A stretch of 64,000 nucleotides of DNA, taken from the NCBI GenBank assembly GCA_938003965.1, contig CALKXI010000024.1:6089-70088 (forward strand), in the 5' to 3' direction. The position numbers were made by a program, and so were the translations under genes. The notes under the pieces were generated by a model, which saw nothing but the letters and a program-made list of their open reading frames with translations, did not search any database and had not been told where the DNA came from. The DNA is from an uncultured Chlorobiales bacterium (GTDB taxonomy: Bacteria > Bacteroidota > Chlorobiia > Chlorobiales > Thermochlorobacteraceae). Of this stretch, positions 38,343 to 47,740 are shown one piece after another. Numbering within the stretch: the first letter of the stretch is position 1; every line of letters begins with the position of its first letter.

Positions 38343-40142
38343 TTGATGCGCCTTGTGCCGACCACAACACCACAACTTACTCCACTTACCGCCGAGGATG
38401 ACGCTTTACTGACGCGTGCGCGACAACTGCTTCGGTATCTTTTCGGATATGAGTCGTTCAGAGGCGAACAAGAAAAGGTCATTCTTTCTTTGCTCAAAGG
38501 AAACGATACGCTTGCGATTATGCCGACTGGACAAGGCAAATCGCTCTGCTATCAAATTCCTGCACAGATGTTTTCAGGCTTAACGCTTGTCATTTCACCG
38601 TTGATTGCCTTGATGAAAGACCAAGTCGATTCGCTCAAAGCCATTGGCTATCCTGCTGCGGCAATTAACAGCCAAACCAGTCTTGGTGCGGTTCAGCGCA
38701 TATTTCTTGAAACTTATCAAAGGAAGTTAAAGGTTTTGTTTGTTGCGCCTGAACGCTTGGAGACGAAGCCATTTATTTCCGCTCTGCAAGGCGTTGAGAT
38801 TTCGCTTGTCGCTGTTGATGAAGCGCACTGCATTTCTGAATGGGGCTACGATTTTCGTCCAAGTTATCAGCGCATTGCGGAAGGCATTCAGGCGATTTCG
38901 CCGAACAAGCGCCCCATCATGCTCGCCTTGACAGCAACTGCAACCGAAGAAGTCATTCACGATATTCAAACCTTTCTCAAACTTCAATCGCCTACTGTTA
39001 TTGTGGGCGGCTTTGAGCGCACGAATCTTTCTCTTTCCGTTTTCGCCTTAGAAAACAAGCGTCAGAAACTACTGCAAATTTTGAACGCTGTCAGTGGCGC
39101 AGCGATAGTTTATACTATGAGCCGAAAACTTGCCGAAGAGACCGCTTCATTTCTCCATCAACATGGCATTAAAGCTACATACTACCACGCAGGACTTTCC
39201 GATGAAGAGCGTTCGCGCATTCAAGAGGCGTTTTTCAAAAATGAATATCGTGTGGTGTGTGCAACGAATGCTTTTGGCATGGGCGTCAATAAACCTGATG
39301 TGCGCGTAGTGGTGCATCTCGAACTGCCTGAAACGATTGAGTCGTATTATCAAGAAGCCGGACGAGCAGGACGCGACGGCAAAAAAAGTTATGCTGTGCT
39401 GCTTTACTCACCTCGCGATATCGAAAAGAGCGATTACCTTCTCTCCCAATCTTACCCAACCAAAATCGATGTTGAACTGACCTACGACGAACTCCGAAAG
39501 CGACTAGGCAAAAGCGAGACTCAACAACTGACCGTGCTGCGGCAAGACCTTCTTCAAGCGTTACAAGCAAGATTGGGCAAGTCGTTTGGGTCAATTAAGT
39601 TAGAGGCTTCGTTGGATATTTTGGAGCAGGCTGGTATTCTTGAACGGTTGCACAGCACATTTGAACGTGAGTCATTGCGTGTGTTGGTGCATCGTGAGGT
39701 TCTTGTTGAGTGGGTCGAGCGAAGTCAGAACAAACTTCAGCAAAAGGTCTTTGAGCAACTATTGCGCTCCTTTGGCCATGAGTGTTTCTCGACGAGCGTG
39801 CAATTTGAACTGGACCAGCTTGCTTTCAAAGCAGGATTGGATTCAACGGCATTGTTGCAAGTTTTTCGCGATTGGCATCAGGCAGGGTTGATAGCGTTTT
39901 ATTCAGGCGAGTTAGTTTCGGTTGCCTTGCTTGCGCCGAACTTGTTGCCGAAAAAATTGCCGATTGATTGGAGCGCGCTTGTGCAGCGCAAAAGCGTTGC
40001 CGAAAAAAAATTTCGAAGCATCAAAAATTACATTCGCTACACGAAGTGCCGACGCAATTACATTCTGGATTACTTCGGCGAGATGCGCTACACGGAAAAA
40101 TGCGGGATTTGCGACAACTGTTTAGGCCGGCATGAAAAGTAA
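38343..40142 (+). CDS. recQ: RecQ-family ATP-dependent DNA helicase (non-canonical C-terminal architecture)
   Basis: 599 aa. Motifs are motif I MPTGQGKSLCYQIP, DEAH box VDEAHCISEWGYDFRPSY and motif VI QEAGRAGRDG. The Cx17Cx2Cx2C zinc cluster lies at the extreme C-terminus (res 569-593). Confidence 0.85.
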   Translation: MMRLVPTTTPQLTPLTAEDDALLTRARQLLRYLFGYESFRGEQEKVILSLLKGNDTLAIMPTGQGKSLCYQIPAQMFSGLTLVISPLIALMKDQVDSLKAIGYPAAAINSQTSLGAVQRIFLETYQRKLKVLFVAPERLETKPFISALQGVEISLVAVDEAHCISEWGYDFRPSYQRIAEGIQAISPNKRPIMLALTATATEEVIHDIQTFLKLQSPTVIVGGFERTNLSLSVFALENKRQKLLQILNAVSGAAIVYTMSRKLAEETASFLHQHGIKATYYHAGLSDEERSRIQEAFFKNEYRVVCATNAFGMGVNKPDVRVVVHLELPETIESYYQEAGRAGRDGKKSYAVLLYSPRDIEKSDYLLSQSYPTKIDVELTYDELRKRLGKSETQQLTVLRQDLLQALQARLGKSFGSIKLEASLDILEQAGILERLHSTFERESLRVLVHREVLVEWVERSQNKLQQKVFEQLLRSFGHECFSTSVQFELDQLAFKAGLDSTALLQVFRDWHQAGLIAFYSGELVSVALLAPNLLPKKLPIDWSALVQRKSVAEKKFRSIKNYIRYTKCRRNYILDYFGEMRYTEKCGICDNCLGRHEK

Positions 40143-40166
40143 CAGGCACTCTTTCCGAAGTGCCTG
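40143..40166. terminator. hairpin between convergent recQ and acs
   Basis: caggcact (40143-40150) pairs with agtgcctg (40159-40166), directly after the recQ stop. T-rich tails on both strands are modest. Confidence 0.5.
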
Positions 40167-40185
40167 CATGGTTTTCGCATTTAGT

Positions 40186-42249
40186 TTATTCTTCCTCTTC
40201 TTGTTGGCGCAATTTCTCGAGCGCACTGAAATCTTCAAGGGTTGTCACATCGCCTTTGACTTCGCCGTTGGTTGCTAATTCACGCAAGAGCCTGCGCATA
40301 ATTTTGCCGCTTCGAGTTTTAGGCAATGCTGCTGCAAAACGCACCTCATCAGGCTTAGCGATTGAACCAATTTCCTTGGCGACATGTTCGCGCAGGCTTT
40401 CTTTCAAGGTTTGATTGCCCTCGAATCCATCTTTGAGCGTTACGAATGCAACGAGCGCATTACCTTTGATTTCATCAGGGCGAGAAACGACTGCCGCCTC
40501 AGCAACAGCACTGTGCGCCACAAGTGCCGATTCCACTTCGGCTGTGCCCAATCGGTGTCCAGACACATTGACAACATCGTCGACGCGTCCCATCACCCAA
40601 ATGTAGCCGTCTTTGTCGCGCCGCGCACCATCGCCTGTGAAATACATGCCCGGAATTTCCGACCAATAGGTTTTTTCGTATCGCGCATTGTCGCCGTAAA
40701 TCGTGCGGAGCATTGAGGGCCATGGACGCTTGACAACCAAGAACCCGCCTTCATCGGCTTTGCAAGGCGTGCCATCTTTATGGACAACATCAACAGCAAT
40801 GCCCGGAAGCGGACGCGTGCCTGTGCCTGGTTTGAGTGGCGTTGCCCCCGGCAACGGCGAGACCATAATGCCGCCTGTTTCCGTTTGCCACCATGTATCG
40901 ACGATTGGACATTTCTTTTTTCCAACCACATTGTAATACCACATCCATGCCTCAGGGTTAATTGGCTCGCCGACGGTGCCGAGCAAGCGTAAAGAAGAAA
41001 GATTATGCTTTGTTACCCATTCGTCGCCAGCACGAATGAATGAGCGAATCGCCGTTGGTGCCGTGTACAGAATCGTTACCCGATGGCGTTCAATCATATC
41101 CCACAAGCGTCCCCAGTTCGGATAATTAACCGCGCCTTCATACATCAACACCGTAGTGCCGTTGATGAGCGGACCGTAAACAAGATAAGAGTGTCCTGTA
41201 ATCCAGCCGACATCTGCTGTGCAGAAATACACATCATCGTCTTTGATGTCGAAGACCATCTTATGAGAGTTTGCTACATGCACCATGTAGCCCCCTGTCG
41301 TGTGTAAAATGCCTTTGGGTTTGCCTGTTGAGCCTGATGTGTAGAGGATAAAGAGCGGATCTTCTGAATCCATTTTTTCGGCAGGGCAATCGTCGGAAGC
41401 CAAGTCCATCAATTCGTGCCACCAATGGTCGCGCCCTTCAACCATGTGCACTTGCGCTTTCGTGCGTTGATAGACAATCACATTCTCGACGGACGATGTA
41501 TTGACTAAGGCTTCATCGACAACCGATTTTAGGTTCAAGGCATTGCCTCTTCGGAACACGCCATCAGCCGTGATGACCATCTTCGCATGCGCGTCGTTGA
41601 TTCTATCGGCAACGGCTTGTGCAGAAAAGCCGCCGAAGATAACGCTGTGCACTGCACCAATACGCGCACACGCCAGCACCGCAACGACAAGCTCGGGCGT
41701 CATGCCCATGTAAATCGCGACACGGTCGCCTTTTTTAATGCCACGCTTTTTAATAGCATTCGCCAACTTCGATACTTCGCGATGCAGTTGCAAGTAGGTC
41801 AGAACACGCTGGTCGCCTGGCTCGCCTTCCCAAATAATTGCCGCTTTGTTCTTGCGCCACGTGGTTAAATGCCGATCGAGTGCATTGTAGCAAATGTTTG
41901 TCTGACCGCCGACAAACCATTTTGCATACGGCAACTTCCATTCCAACACTTTTCGCCATTTCTTAAACCAATGGAAATTTTCGGCAATTTCTGCCCAATA
42001 CTTTTCGGGGTTCTTCTCCGCATATGCGTAAAGCCGTTCATATTCCGCCATCGATTTGATGTGCGCATTTTTGGAAAACGCCGCACTGGGCTTGAAGACC
42101 CGCTTCTCTTTGAGTACTGAGCGAATTGCACCATTAGATTGTGAAGTTTGTCCATTTGTCTTGACTTCATGCTTTGTCTTCGCATGCGATGCGGCTTTTG
42201 CGTGAGAATTGCTTTTCTTGACTGGACTTTTTTTAACCGCCGTTGCCAT
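40186..42249 (-). CDS. acs: acetate--CoA ligase (acetyl-CoA synthetase) with Lys-rich N-terminal extension
   Basis: 687 aa, with AMP-binding motif [11 protein letters not shown], the WWQTETGG motif, and C-terminal [10 protein letters not shown]. About 45 extra N-terminal residues ([30 protein letters not shown]...) precede it. Confidence 0.95.
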   Translation of the reverse strand: MATAVKKSPVKKSNSHAKAASHAKTKHEVKTNGQTSQSNGAIRSVLKEKRVFKPSAAFSKNAHIKSMAEYERLYAYAEKNPEKYWAEIAENFHWFKKWRKVLEWKLPYAKWFVGGQTNICYNALDRHLTTWRKNKAAIIWEGEPGDQRVLTYLQLHREVSKLANAIKKRGIKKGDRVAIYMGMTPELVVAVLACARIGAVHSVIFGGFSAQAVADRINDAHAKMVITADGVFRRGNALNLKSVVDEALVNTSSVENVIVYQRTKAQVHMVEGRDHWWHELMDLASDDCPAEKMDSEDPLFILYTSGSTGKPKGILHTTGGYMVHVANSHKMVFDIKDDDVYFCTADVGWITGHSYLVYGPLINGTTVLMYEGAVNYPNWGRLWDMIERHRVTILYTAPTAIRSFIRAGDEWVTKHNLSSLRLLGTVGEPINPEAWMWYYNVVGKKKCPIVDTWWQTETGGIMVSPLPGATPLKPGTGTRPLPGIAVDVVHKDGTPCKADEGGFLVVKRPWPSMLRTIYGDNARYEKTYWSEIPGMYFTGDGARRDKDGYIWVMGRVDDVVNVSGHRLGTAEVESALVAHSAVAEAAVVSRPDEIKGNALVAFVTLKDGFEGNQTLKESLREHVAKEIGSIAKPDEVRFAAALPKTRSGKIMRRLLRELATNGEVKGDVTTLEDFSALEKLRQQEEEE

Positions 42250-42360
42250 AGCTTTGGAAGTTTACAGTTGATAGAGACTATCTTACACTCAATTTCTGAA
42301 CGCTGTGCTTTTTTTGGCATACAGTGCAGAAATTTACACCAAAGGCATCACAAGAAAAAA

Positions 42361-42771
42361 CTACTTGCACAAATCTTTAAGCGCATTCAAGACTGGCATG
42401 TAGCTTGTTTTCTCAAACTCGTCGGTTGCGCGCTCGTTCCAATAGCGTATGGGTGTTTTGTTATCTCTGCCGACCGAGTAAATCACTACCTTGATAGAAT
42501 CGCCTGTCAGCGAGGTCTCCAACATTTTTGATGAAACTAAAATTGGTCGGTCTCCCATCGTCATTTCATATTCTTTGCGAAAGGCTTTAATCGCACCCGT
42601 CTGTTCGTCGGCTTCTAAAATTTTGTATTCGTTCTTAGTTAAAATTTCCGACGCTTCGCGGGTAAAATCGCGTGGCTCTTTTTTGCACGCAAGGTTGATG
42701 CTTTTTACAGAGGCAGTTCCGCACGCGGCGAGAAACAAGAGGAAGGCACAAACAAGAAAATACTTCGTCAT
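42361..42771 (-). CDS. lipoprotein of unknown function
   Basis: I prefer the start at MTKYFLVCAFLLFLAACGT (comp 42769..42771), which contains lipobox LAAC. The upstream part of the track ORF lacks support. Confidence 0.6.
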   Translation of the reverse strand: MTKYFLVCAFLLFLAACGTASVKSINLACKKEPRDFTREASEILTKNEYKILEADEQTGAIKAFRKEYEMTMGDRPILVSSKMLETSLTGDSIKVVIYSVGRDNKTPIRYWNERATDEFEKTSYMPVLNALKDLCK

Positions 42772-42914
42772 GGTTGTATTGAAGAGTGTAGTTGAGTTGA
42801 ACATAACAAGATACAAGTTTATTGTTTATCGATATCAATGCGGGCAAACGCATCGTATATTTGTCGCGCAGATGAATACATCATTTGCAACATCAAAAAC
42901 AAAACAAAACATTG

Positions 42915-44276
42915 ATGATGAAAAAGAATCTTTCTCCTCGTGCGATTTTCGCACTGCTGCTCGCTCTTTCGCTGACATTTTCTGCGCGTGCGCAAGAGCA
43001 ATCCCCGACCTCTCTCCTTGCACCACTCAAAACCCAACGCGAACTCGGCGGCGGCTTTGCTCGCGAACTCGCCCTCGGTGCAGGCGGCGCATATAGCCCA
43101 AACGGACTCTACAACTTCAACCCCTTTCTTCGCAACGACACCTACTTGCTTATCAACCCTGCCTACATTGGCGACTTCGGAAATTATGTATGGGGCAACT
43201 ATGACGGTCTACAATCTGGTGCTATTTCGCAAACCTTTGCGGGCGCAAACTTTGAAGTTACAAAGAACTTCTACTTAGGATTGCTTGTCAACACGCGCGA
43301 CGCACTCGCAACCACTGACGCACTCAACGCCTTTGGTGGCAACACCTTGCCCAACATCGAAAACACGCTTGGCTTTTTAATCGGCTATAAACTCTCGCCT
43401 GAATTAACACTCGGCGCACAAGTCTATACGGGCAGTCGAACCGTGGAAGATGACATTGACTCTACAACCTTTACAGCATCCCTCATAAGCAAACTCTCAA
43501 CGCTTGGCTTCGATGTGGGTGCAGTTTATAACACGACTCAACTTCGTGGCGAACTTGCAGTGAAAGTGCGCATGAACTCCCGTTCTGTTACACAATCTTT
43601 CTCACTTGGCACTCCACCAAAGCAGGAAGTCAGCCTTGACGGCGGCATGGAACTTGGCGTCAATGCGCGTGCCTTCTACAAACTCAATAACACCTACGAC
43701 CTTGTGCCAACCGCAAGTTTCTACACGGTCTCAAGAAAAGAAAAACGCGACCCCGCTCCGCCACCAAATGCCCAAGCCGTAGAGCTTTCACAATCCGCAT
43801 TTGAAGTTGGTTTAGGCATAAACGCTAAAACGAAAAACGCCCTGCTTATTGGCGGTGTCTCGTTTGTGAACACTAAGGAAGAAACCAAGACGACCAACTT
43901 AGGCAATGTCGCTGGCGATACACGCACTCAAACAACCACAATAACCTTGCTTCCGCGCATCAATCTCGGCGTGGAATACTATGCGCTCGATTGGCTCACC
44001 GTGCGGCTCGGCTATTTCAAAACCATGGAGAGCTCGGAAGCGATTGACGAAGGTCGCGTCGGCAATACCAAAACCAGAACAAACTTTAAGCGCAGTGGAA
44101 CTTCAAGAGCAAACTACTTTGGCAACTTCATCGCGGTTGGCATTGGTATGCACTTCGGCGATTGGAACATGAACTTTGCCATCAACGAAACCTTCTTGCG
44201 CAACGGACCGCATCTCCTTGGCGGCAACGCATCAAATCCGCTCTTCACCGTGTTTAGCTCGTCGTATCGCTTCTAA
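42915..44276 (+). CDS. outer-membrane beta-barrel (porin-like) protein
   Basis: I prefer the start at MMKKNLSPRAIFALLLALSLTFSARA/Q (42915). Amphipathic beta-strand periodicity alternates throughout. The C-terminus ends SSSYRF (terminal Phe). Confidence 0.7.
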   Translation: MMKKNLSPRAIFALLLALSLTFSARAQEQSPTSLLAPLKTQRELGGGFARELALGAGGAYSPNGLYNFNPFLRNDTYLLINPAYIGDFGNYVWGNYDGLQSGAISQTFAGANFEVTKNFYLGLLVNTRDALATTDALNAFGGNTLPNIENTLGFLIGYKLSPELTLGAQVYTGSRTVEDDIDSTTFTASLISKLSTLGFDVGAVYNTTQLRGELAVKVRMNSRSVTQSFSLGTPPKQEVSLDGGMELGVNARAFYKLNNTYDLVPTASFYTVSRKEKRDPAPPPNAQAVELSQSAFEVGLGINAKTKNALLIGGVSFVNTKEETKTTNLGNVAGDTRTQTTTITLLPRINLGVEYYALDWLTVRLGYFKTMESSEAIDEGRVGNTKTRTNFKRSGTSRANYFGNFIAVGIGMHFGDWNMNFAINETFLRNGPHLLGGNASNPLFTVFSSSYRF

Positions 44277-44314
44277 TTTGTAAAGGCGATTTTGTCGCAA
44301 TAATTTGTCGCAAT

Positions 44315-44353
44315 AAAAAAGGGACGCTTTGCGGCGTCCCTTTTACATTTTTT
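44315..44353. terminator. bidirectional rho-independent terminator
   Basis: aaaaaa gggacgc (44321-44327), loop tttgcg, gcgtccc (44334-44340), ttttacatttttt. A and T runs flank the stem, between convergent genes. Confidence 0.75.
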
Positions 44354-44362
44354 CAGTGATGC

Positions 44363-44737
44363 TTACTTCGCATCTTCAATGCTGGCAAGCATAAACACAT
44401 TGTTTTCCATTTTGCCCCTGACCCTCACCTTCAAGTCTTTTTCTTTTTTGAGCGTGGTCAGGAAGGCTTTGGCTTTCTCGTTTCCTTTTGGGTCGAACTT
44501 GATGAATTTGCCGTTGCTGTAAATGCCATAACCTGATTTTGCGCACATCTCCACAAGGCAACACTCTTTGGGGTGGTCAGCCGCCATTTTGGCATTTTCC
44601 AAACTTTCACCGCACATGCAATCGGAAAGGTAGCCGACAAGCGTTGTTTGCTTCTTTTCTTTTTTCGTGTCTTGTGCGTTTGCAGGTGTTGTAACAAACA
44701 GGATAAGCAGAGCGAGAGAAATCGTAAGTTTAAGCAT
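44363..44737 (-). CDS. secreted Cys-containing protein of unknown function
   Basis: I prefer the start at MLKLTISLALLILFVTTPANA/Q (comp 44735..44737). A Cys cluster DCMCGES...ECCLVEMC follows. No family recognised. Confidence 0.55.
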   Translation of the reverse strand: MLKLTISLALLILFVTTPANAQDTKKEKKQTTLVGYLSDCMCGESLENAKMAADHPKECCLVEMCAKSGYGIYSNGKFIKFDPKGNEKAKAFLTTLKKEKDLKVRVRGKMENNVFMLASIEDAK

Positions 44738-44820
44738 GGTTCTACAAGCAGTTTGATGATATTTTGTGTTGAGACACACGCCGAAACGGTTTGAGGTAGT
44801 TGAACGTTTCGGCGATGTTT

Positions 44821-45273
44821 TCAGTGTTTGTTTGGACGAAGCATCTCGAGATGTGGAATGCCATCTTCGTCGTAGTTGTCGGAGACACGCACGAAGCCGA
44901 AGTCGTTGTAAAATTTTTCAAGGTAGGCTTGCGCGCTGATTCGGATTGGGGCGTTTGGATAGAGCGCGGTGATTCTCAAAATGCTTTCTTGCATGAGCTG
45001 TCGCCCGAAGCCTTTTCTGCGCGCGCCTCGAGTGGTCAGCACGCGCCCGATAGATGGCTCTTGAAATTTGATGTTTGGCGGCACAAGCCGTGAGTAAGCG
45101 GCCAGTTCACCGAAGTCGTTGTATAAAACAAGGTGATGTGAATGCTCATCAATGCCGTCCATATCCAAATAGGCGCATTGCTGCTCGACGACGAAGACTT
45201 CGGCGCGGGCTTTGAGAATGGTGTAAAGGGCTTTCGGCGACAGTTCCGAAAATGATGAACATTGCCAGTGCAT
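44821..45273 (-). CDS. elaA: GNAT-family N-acetyltransferase, ElaA-like
   Basis: 150 aa. LSPKALYTILKARAEVFVVEQQCAYLDMDG is the ElaA-type N-terminus. The acetyl-CoA motif is RRKGFGRQLM. Confidence 0.8.
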   Translation of the reverse strand: MHWQCSSFSELSPKALYTILKARAEVFVVEQQCAYLDMDGIDEHSHHLVLYNDFGELAAYSRLVPPNIKFQEPSIGRVLTTRGARRKGFGRQLMQESILRITALYPNAPIRISAQAYLEKFYNDFGFVRVSDNYDEDGIPHLEMLRPNKH

Positions 45274-45319
45274 GTTTGTGTTGCTATTAGCGTAAATTCA
45301 AATCAAAATTTATTTCGCT

Positions 45320-45544
45320 ATGTCGCAAGTATCCTACAAAGCCAATCTCGACAAATTTTTGGATTCGCTCTCGCCTGAGCAAATGGTGTTTTTGGGCACG
45401 CTCATTGAGCGCGATATTGCTGCCAACGACTTCGTTCAACTCGATTTGCTTGCAAACTTGATGTATGAACGCATTAAACATTTTGATGTGAAAGAACTGC
45501 ACGAGCGCACCCATCGGCAATTTTCCGACATTGTGATTACTTGA
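45320..45544 (+). CDS. hypothetical protein (74 aa)
   Basis: ATG ORF filling the gap between two minus-strand genes. No motif recognised. Confidence 0.35.
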   Translation: MSQVSYKANLDKFLDSLSPEQMVFLGTLIERDIAANDFVQLDLLANLMYERIKHFDVKELHERTHRQFSDIVIT

Positions 45545-45563
45545 CTGATTCTAACAAGAAAAC

Positions 45564-46538
45564 TCACTTTTTTGAGGCTTTTTCAATCCTATCCATCAAT
45601 GCCAAGCCGATACCTTGTTTGGGGACGCTTTGGCAATAAATGGTTTTCAAGCCGTGGGCGTCGCATTCGCGGAAGAACGCATAGAGCGAGCGCGCATAGT
45701 CGCTGAGTCCTTTACAAATTTTTTGATGCGCGAAGGGCTTTGGCGGTTGGCTGATACCGATGAACGCGTGCGCATAATCCACATCGGAAAAATCGTCGAT
45801 AAGTTTGACCGTTGCTTCGGGCGCGTAGTGGCGATATTTCATGCCGGGACTTTTCGGCGCGTGGTGTGATTCGCTTATGCCAAGGCGTGTTTCTGGCACA
45901 ACGCGTTGGAGTTCTTCGATTGAAATCGCGCCAGTGCGCAAAACAACAGGATGAGCAACGGAGCAGTCGACAACTGTGGATTCAAGTCCGAACTCGCTTT
46001 CATCGCCTTTCAAAATGCACTCGATTTTTCCGTCAAAATCCTCCCGAACGGCTTTCCACGAAGTTGAACTTGGCTTGCCTGAAAGATTCGCTGACGGTGC
46101 TGCAACAGGCGTGCCACACTCTTTGAGAAACATCTGCGTTAGTTTGAGCGATGGCATTCGAATGCCGATTGTCGATAACCCTGCGCTCACAATATCAGGC
46201 ACATATTTGCTTTTGGGAAGGATAATTGTGAGCGCTCCAGGGAAGAAGGCTTCCATTAGCTGCTCGGCAGTACGGGGAATTGTTTTAGCTAATAGTTCTA
46301 TCTCGTGAAAATTTGCGACATGAGCAATTAGGGGATTATCGGACGGGCGACCTTTGGCGAGAAAAATTTTTTGAACATATGCTTCATCGAACAAACTTGC
46401 TCCCAATCCATAAACGGTCTCGGTTGGGAACGCCACAACGCCTCCTTTGAGCAAGACTTGTGCGGCGAGTTTCGGCGATTTTGTCAGTTTTGTTTCCATT
46501 GCTGATCGTGAAAGAACCACATTAACTTCCTTCGTCAC
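45564..46538 (-). CDS. tsaC: L-threonylcarbamoyladenylate synthase, long Sua5/YwlC type
   Basis: 324 aa with a GTG start in the track. YrdC-domain motifs are FPTETVYGLGA and SANLSGKPS, plus a C-terminal Sua5 domain. The start is uncertain; Met14 is the alternative. Confidence 0.85.
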   Translation of the reverse strand: MTKEVNVVLSRSAMETKLTKSPKLAAQVLLKGGVVAFPTETVYGLGASLFDEAYVQKIFLAKGRPSDNPLIAHVANFHEIELLAKTIPRTAEQLMEAFFPGALTIILPKSKYVPDIVSAGLSTIGIRMPSLKLTQMFLKECGTPVAAPSANLSGKPSSTSWKAVREDFDGKIECILKGDESEFGLESTVVDCSVAHPVVLRTGAISIEELQRVVPETRLGISESHHAPKSPGMKYRHYAPEATVKLIDDFSDVDYAHAFIGISQPPKPFAHQKICKGLSDYARSLYAFFRECDAHGLKTIYCQSVPKQGIGLALMDRIEKASKK

Positions 46539-46735
46539 TTCTAACCTATGCTAACAGTGCAAAACTAAATGATTTACAAGGGGCACGAAATAACTTTTTT
46601 CACTTTGAGATGCGCTTTGTAGAGATTGAATTTGCTCCATTTCACACGCGATGTAAAAGGAATCAACCAAAACGGTTAATCACTTGCGACACATATAGGG
46701 CATCTTCGTTTGCAGACGTAGTTTGTCGGGAAAAT

Positions 46736-47329
46736 TTAGCCGTTGAATTGGCGAAGAAGATTGAGCAAGGTTTCCTTTCCAGCACGCGAAATTTCTCTGC
46801 CTTGAATTGGAAAGTTCGGTACGGTGCGGGCATAACGGCGAAGTTCCTGCACGGTCATCTGTTCAAGATGTTCCGATGACCGTTTGGTTTTTGAGGCGTC
46901 AGCCGTGGGCATCGGCGTGGTTGGCGTTGAGGTAGTCGAGTGAGAAGATATGAGCGGAGCAGATGTTGCTGAAGTGATCGATAGTGAAGGTGCAGACAAG
47001 GGCGATTCGCTTTGCTTTTTTTTATGCGGTCTTACTTCAACGTAAATCAGTTCATCGTGTAAGCCGACATCCGGACGTGGAATAACATGCGCTGCCACGA
47101 GCGTTCCGACGCGCGCTGCTGCCAATCGCCCTGCATCAACAGCCGACTGAACCGCAGCAACTTCACCAACAAGTTTTACGGTCATCAAGCCTGCATCTAC
47201 ACGGTCAATCGAAATCAGTTTGACGTCGGCAGATTTGAGGGCGGCATCGCACGCTTCTATTGCAGCAACCAGCCCTCGTGTTTCAATCAGTCCAACGGCA
47301 AGTTCTTCGCGCATAAAGCCATGAAACAT
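46736..47329 (-). CDS. BMC-H shell protein with ~100-aa C-terminal extension (S/T/P-rich linker + HeH/Rho_N-like motif)
   Basis: 197 aa. The BMC domain is LAVGLIETRGLVAAIEACDAALKSADVKLISIDRVDAGLMTVKLVGEVAAVQSAVDAG...AHVIPRPD. A linker SESPLSAPSLSITSATSAPLISSHSTTSTPTTPMPT follows, then LEQMTVQELRRYARTVPNFPIQGREISRAGKETLLNLLRQF. The start ATG overlaps the upstream stop (TAATG); Met6 is an alternative start. Confidence 0.85.
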   Translation of the reverse strand: MFHGFMREELAVGLIETRGLVAAIEACDAALKSADVKLISIDRVDAGLMTVKLVGEVAAVQSAVDAGRLAAARVGTLVAAHVIPRPDVGLHDELIYVEVRPHKKKQSESPLSAPSLSITSATSAPLISSHSTTSTPTTPMPTADASKTKRSSEHLEQMTVQELRRYARTVPNFPIQGREISRAGKETLLNLLRQFNG

Positions 47330-47607
47330 TAAGAACGCTTGGGGAGAATGCTCTCGACATCGGTGTGCGGGCGAGGAATTACATGGACGGAGACCAACTC
47401 GCCGACACGTTGCGCTGCCGCAGCACCAGCATCGGTTGCGGCTTTGACCGCACCCACATCGCCACGAACCATGACGGTAACATATCCACCGCCAATCGCT
47501 TCTTTGCCGATGAGTTCCACTTTTGCGGCTTTGACCATGGCGTCTGCTGCCTCGATTGCGCCGACTAAGCCCTTGGTTTCCACCATGCCTAAGGCGTCCA
47601 TTCCCAT
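47329..47607 (-). CDS. BMC-H shell protein (PduA/CcmK/EutM type)
   Basis: The track ORF extends to 47841 into pepA. I prefer the start at comp(47605..47607), preceded by GGAG. The 92-aa product is [84 protein letters not shown]. Confidence 0.9.
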   Translation of the reverse strand: MGMDALGMVETKGLVGAIEAADAMVKAAKVELIGKEAIGGGYVTVMVRGDVGAVKAATDAGAAAAQRVGELVSVHVIPRPHTDVESILPKRS

Positions 47608-47685
47608 ATTGAATTTCTCCGAGTTAAGATTTTGAAAATGTGATTGCGTTTTGAACTTGAAGTTACACGAAAAGCACGCATTTGC

Positions 47686-47717
47686 AAAAATGAGCAGGCA
47701 ACCCAAACGAGTTGCCT
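47686..47717 (-). terminator. possible terminator after pepA
   Basis: aggcaac (47696-47702) pairs with gttgcct (47711-47717). On the minus strand the stem is followed by gctcattttt. Confidence 0.4.
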
Positions 47718-47740
47718 TTTGACGATGTGTGATTGTTGCA

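Noticed and set aside
42491-43096. 201-aa plus-strand ORF bridging the lipoprotein gene and the porin-like gene.
   Set aside because: The first half is antisense to the lipoprotein gene. The second half is out of frame with the better-supported OMP ORF, which has a signal peptide and a terminal Phe.
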